64,000 bases of DNA from positions 62,001-126,000 of the forward strand of contig BQFW01000015.1 in NCBI GenBank assembly GCA_020891255.1, read 5' to 3'. A program made the position numbers and the translations under genes. This DNA is from Entomortierella parvispora E1425 (Eukaryota; Fungi; Mortierellomycota). The notes below the pieces were generated by a model. It was given only the letters and a program-made list of their open reading frames with translations. It was not told the DNA's origin and did not search any database. Each line of letters opens with the position of its first letter. Positions within the stretch are counted from its first letter, which is position 1. This document shows positions 61,420-64,000 of the stretch, one piece after another.

Positions 61420-62685
61420 ATGCCCTTGACAGTTCGAATCGGCCCCAACAGAGATCCTCGATCCCTTCAAAAATGTCCAGTCAACAACGACACCTCGCCT
61501 ATCGCTGTATCTTCAGAGCATTTTGAGGGTCTGGTCACAGTCCGAGTTCAAAACCATCACCCTTCCTCGTTATCATCTCCATCGTCTCCATCGGCACCCA
61601 TATCGTCATCATTAGCGTCGGATTCACCATCATCACCGCCATCTTCATCCTCCTCGACTTTTGCTTCCTGCCCTTATTTTGACCAAAAGACACGCCTCTT
61701 TTCTTTACAATGGCAAGGACAGTTCAAAGCCACGAACCCTGCTCGTCCGGATGGGCTCTGGACAGGAGATGACGTCCTCTTTGTGGCCGAAGCTGAAAAG
61801 GCCGTGAAGGTGCCCCGGGGGACGTCCCTGGTGACACGCTTTGTGCGACTGATCGATCCTGCCTTTGTCGCGGACGCTATCTGGAACAAGCGTCGACCTT
61901 GGGTGGGTAGTCCTCTTGTCTCTGGTATGAACATCCTTCGGGTCTGGAAGGCTTCCGACACAGATCACCAAGATCATGGCAGCGACAGTGGTCACGACCA
62001 AAACCAAGACCCTGACCATGACTATGATGACGACACACTACAGCCCAAAACGGATCGTCTGAGGAAAGATTGGATATACTATGGGCTGAATCGACTGGAG
62101 GAGGACAATGTGGATTTGCTATTCAAGTCACCGGACAAGAATGTACTCTCCTCAAAGGATCAACCTACGGGAGAATATCTGGCAAAGGAGACAATCACGG
62201 CGGAACCATCGGCCAAAAGCTGGTGGTGGTCACAAACCTCGGATCAGAGCAAACAAATACCCTCGATTGCACTCACCAGAGGAAAAAGGAAAAAGTCTGG
62301 AATGACCGCTCTCACCGTGGCTGGATTGACGCCTTATCAACGCCGGAGGTTCTTTACAAAGCAGGAGCATCGTCAGGCGGCCCTGCTGGACCCAAGTTTA
62401 GTCATCGCGGGTGACTTTTTCAACAACTTTACGGACTTTGAGCATGCCCAGGGACGGATGGTCATCACCATTCACTTTGATCAAGTGTTACAGGGACAAC
62501 CGATGCGTTTCGTTTGCAAAAGCCGAGCCAAGCGGGATAAATCCAAAGGCGCTGTCAATCATTCAAAAGAAAACCTGGACGAACCTAGCTCTGGAGCCGT
62601 GGTTCTGGAGAGTCAAGGAGAAAAAGAGCAGACAGAAGAGGATGCTGCTGTTTTCTTTGTGGTTGAGCTTCAGTGGACACCATAG
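61420..62685 (+). CDS. DUF1769-family protein, 421 aa, single exon
   Basis: VSSEHFEGLVTVRVQN, YFDQKTRLFSLQWQGQFK, LIDPAF, RPWVGSPLVSGMN, RRRFF, DFFNNFTDF and QPMRFVCKSR. Confidence 0.8.
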   Translation: MPLTVRIGPNRDPRSLQKCPVNNDTSPIAVSSEHFEGLVTVRVQNHHPSSLSSPSSPSAPISSSLASDSPSSPPSSSSSTFASCPYFDQKTRLFSLQWQGQFKATNPARPDGLWTGDDVLFVAEAEKAVKVPRGTSLVTRFVRLIDPAFVADAIWNKRRPWVGSPLVSGMNILRVWKASDTDHQDHGSDSGHDQNQDPDHDYDDDTLQPKTDRLRKDWIYYGLNRLEEDNVDLLFKSPDKNVLSSKDQPTGEYLAKETITAEPSAKSWWWSQTSDQSKQIPSIALTRGKRKKSGMTALTVAGLTPYQRRRFFTKQEHRQAALLDPSLVIAGDFFNNFTDFEHAQGRMVITIHFDQVLQGQPMRFVCKSRAKRDKSKGAVNHSKENLDEPSSGAVVLESQGEKEQTEEDAAVFFVVELQWTP

Positions 62686-63099
62686 TCTGGAGTTCCGTAC
62701 CGTATCAAGCACCATGTCGATGTACTCGCAAAAAATATGGATGCGGGAATAAACTCGACTAGAAACAAACAAATGGGCCCTTGTGAGAGAAAAGTGGGTG
62801 TGTACAACTGATGAATGGGCTGCAATCGAGAAATTGTGAACAAACTTGAAAAGGCACTTGACAAGTCCGTGTTTTTCTTTGTTGTTTCGACATGGGGATG
62901 AGGATAGTACAATAGGAGACCTTTTTTTCAGCGGCAAGTGAGAAAAACGGGCGTCAATGTCGCCTCGTTAATGACTTCAAAAGCTGGCTTGCATGATAGA
63001 ATAAAAAAAATAGATTAAGGAACCAAGGCCTGCATGATTTTGTTTTATATTTGAAATTGCCGTTATCTTCTGTCGCCGTCATTGAACCCGGGCTCCATA

Positions 63100-63905
63100 A
63101 GAAGGACCACACCATCTAGGGGACCCATGAGAACTTGCAGCGTGCAAGTCAATCTTGAGTGCAAACTGTCTCACTCCTTTCGTCTGCTGAGGAACCCTTT
63201 ATGAACTAGGTCAATGTGGAGATCATGAAGGTGTCAAGACTTCCTGGCTTTTCTCATGATTTTTGTTCAATAATGGTCTATAACAAATAATGGACGTACC
63301 AAAGCTCCAACCTGCTATACCTCTCGAGAACTCTTTCTTTCATCTTGCTGGTGTTGATACTGCTTCAGAGTTGGACGGGTACATGTTACGCGTCCTGGTA
63401 ATTGTAATCAAAATGGCTTTTGTAGTGCAGAATAGTAAAATGTGAGGGTTGGTTCTTCTATCTTCCCCACCTTCGACGCGGACCTACTTCGCGGCTGCTT
63501 CTATCGTTAATGATAGCTAAGATTGGTTTACCTATCTACAGGCTTTGGAGTGGTGGAAGTGGAGCTACTATGCTTTGAGGCCGAAGAAAGATGGGAGGCA
63601 ATGAAAAAAAGCATTGCCGGCACGGACGTTGACAGTTGAGATCGATCACTGGGCGCGATAATTGCTCGACGATGATAATATTATTTATCAGACTCCTCTC
63701 CACAACGCTCCAGAGAGTAATATCTTCAGTCTCTATCCTTTCGAACCAGGATGGTTTTGAAATAATGTTCTTTCTGATCTGACAGACAGCTCGCGATTCA
63801 GAAAGCGACGTGGAATTTGAGAGAGGGCGTGCTTTTGTCAAAGGACTTTAAATTGTAGTCCTCGTCCAGGATTCAACGCAGAGGCGGGAGATGCTCTATA
63901 GTCAT
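63100..63905 (-). pseudogene. Degenerate Crinkler (CRN)-like gene
   Basis: MTIEHLPPLR*ILDEDYNLKSF has a TGA where CRN N-termini have Cys. A frameshift follows into IRKNIISKPSWFERIETEDITLWSV...CQRP, which has the CRN pattern. Downstream frames carry several stops. The 3' boundary is approximate. Confidence 0.55.
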
Positions 63906-64000
63906 AATGGTGCTGAGATGGATCAGAAATGAGATGAGATGAAAAGAAACAATGCGCATTTCGAACCATGGTATCGTGGCGCGTGCGAGTGAGGTCATTA

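Overview
Intron-rich eukaryotic DNA (GT-AG introns, many poly-A/T, GA/CT and TCTG tracts). It is most consistent with an early-diverging fungus of the Mortierellaceae; this is an inference from gene content and sequence style, not a database match. From about 9.7 kb to 62.7 kb lies a gene-dense core. Spliced models that close in frame were built by hand for: a ZIP zinc transporter, a class I cAMP phosphodiesterase, eIF2B-beta, eL28, ubiquitin-eL40, a cytosolic-type NAD-malate dehydrogenase, Ras, Chs7, an animal-type AIFM1-like oxidoreductase, SPF45, an 890-aa protein of unknown function, ARMC8/Gid5, a probably GPI-anchored aspartic protease, a BORCS7-like protein and a Pat/YncA-type GNAT. Single-exon genes encode a C2H2 transcription factor, Yju2, a DUF1769 protein, a 167-aa orphan and a 79-aa secreted two-repeat cysteine-rich peptide. 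Both ends of the window are accessory-like: a Crinkler (CRN) gene runs off the left edge beside about 8 kb of degenerate duplications and gene relics, and a decayed CRN lies at the right edge. No tRNA, rRNA, CRISPR array or intact transposon was recognised. The best leads are the two-module cysteine peptide with an EAEA spacer, the BORCS7-like gene, the split Trp-periodic unknown protein, candidate H/ACA-like RNAs, a shortened eL28 and a possible Pro/N-degron on MDH.
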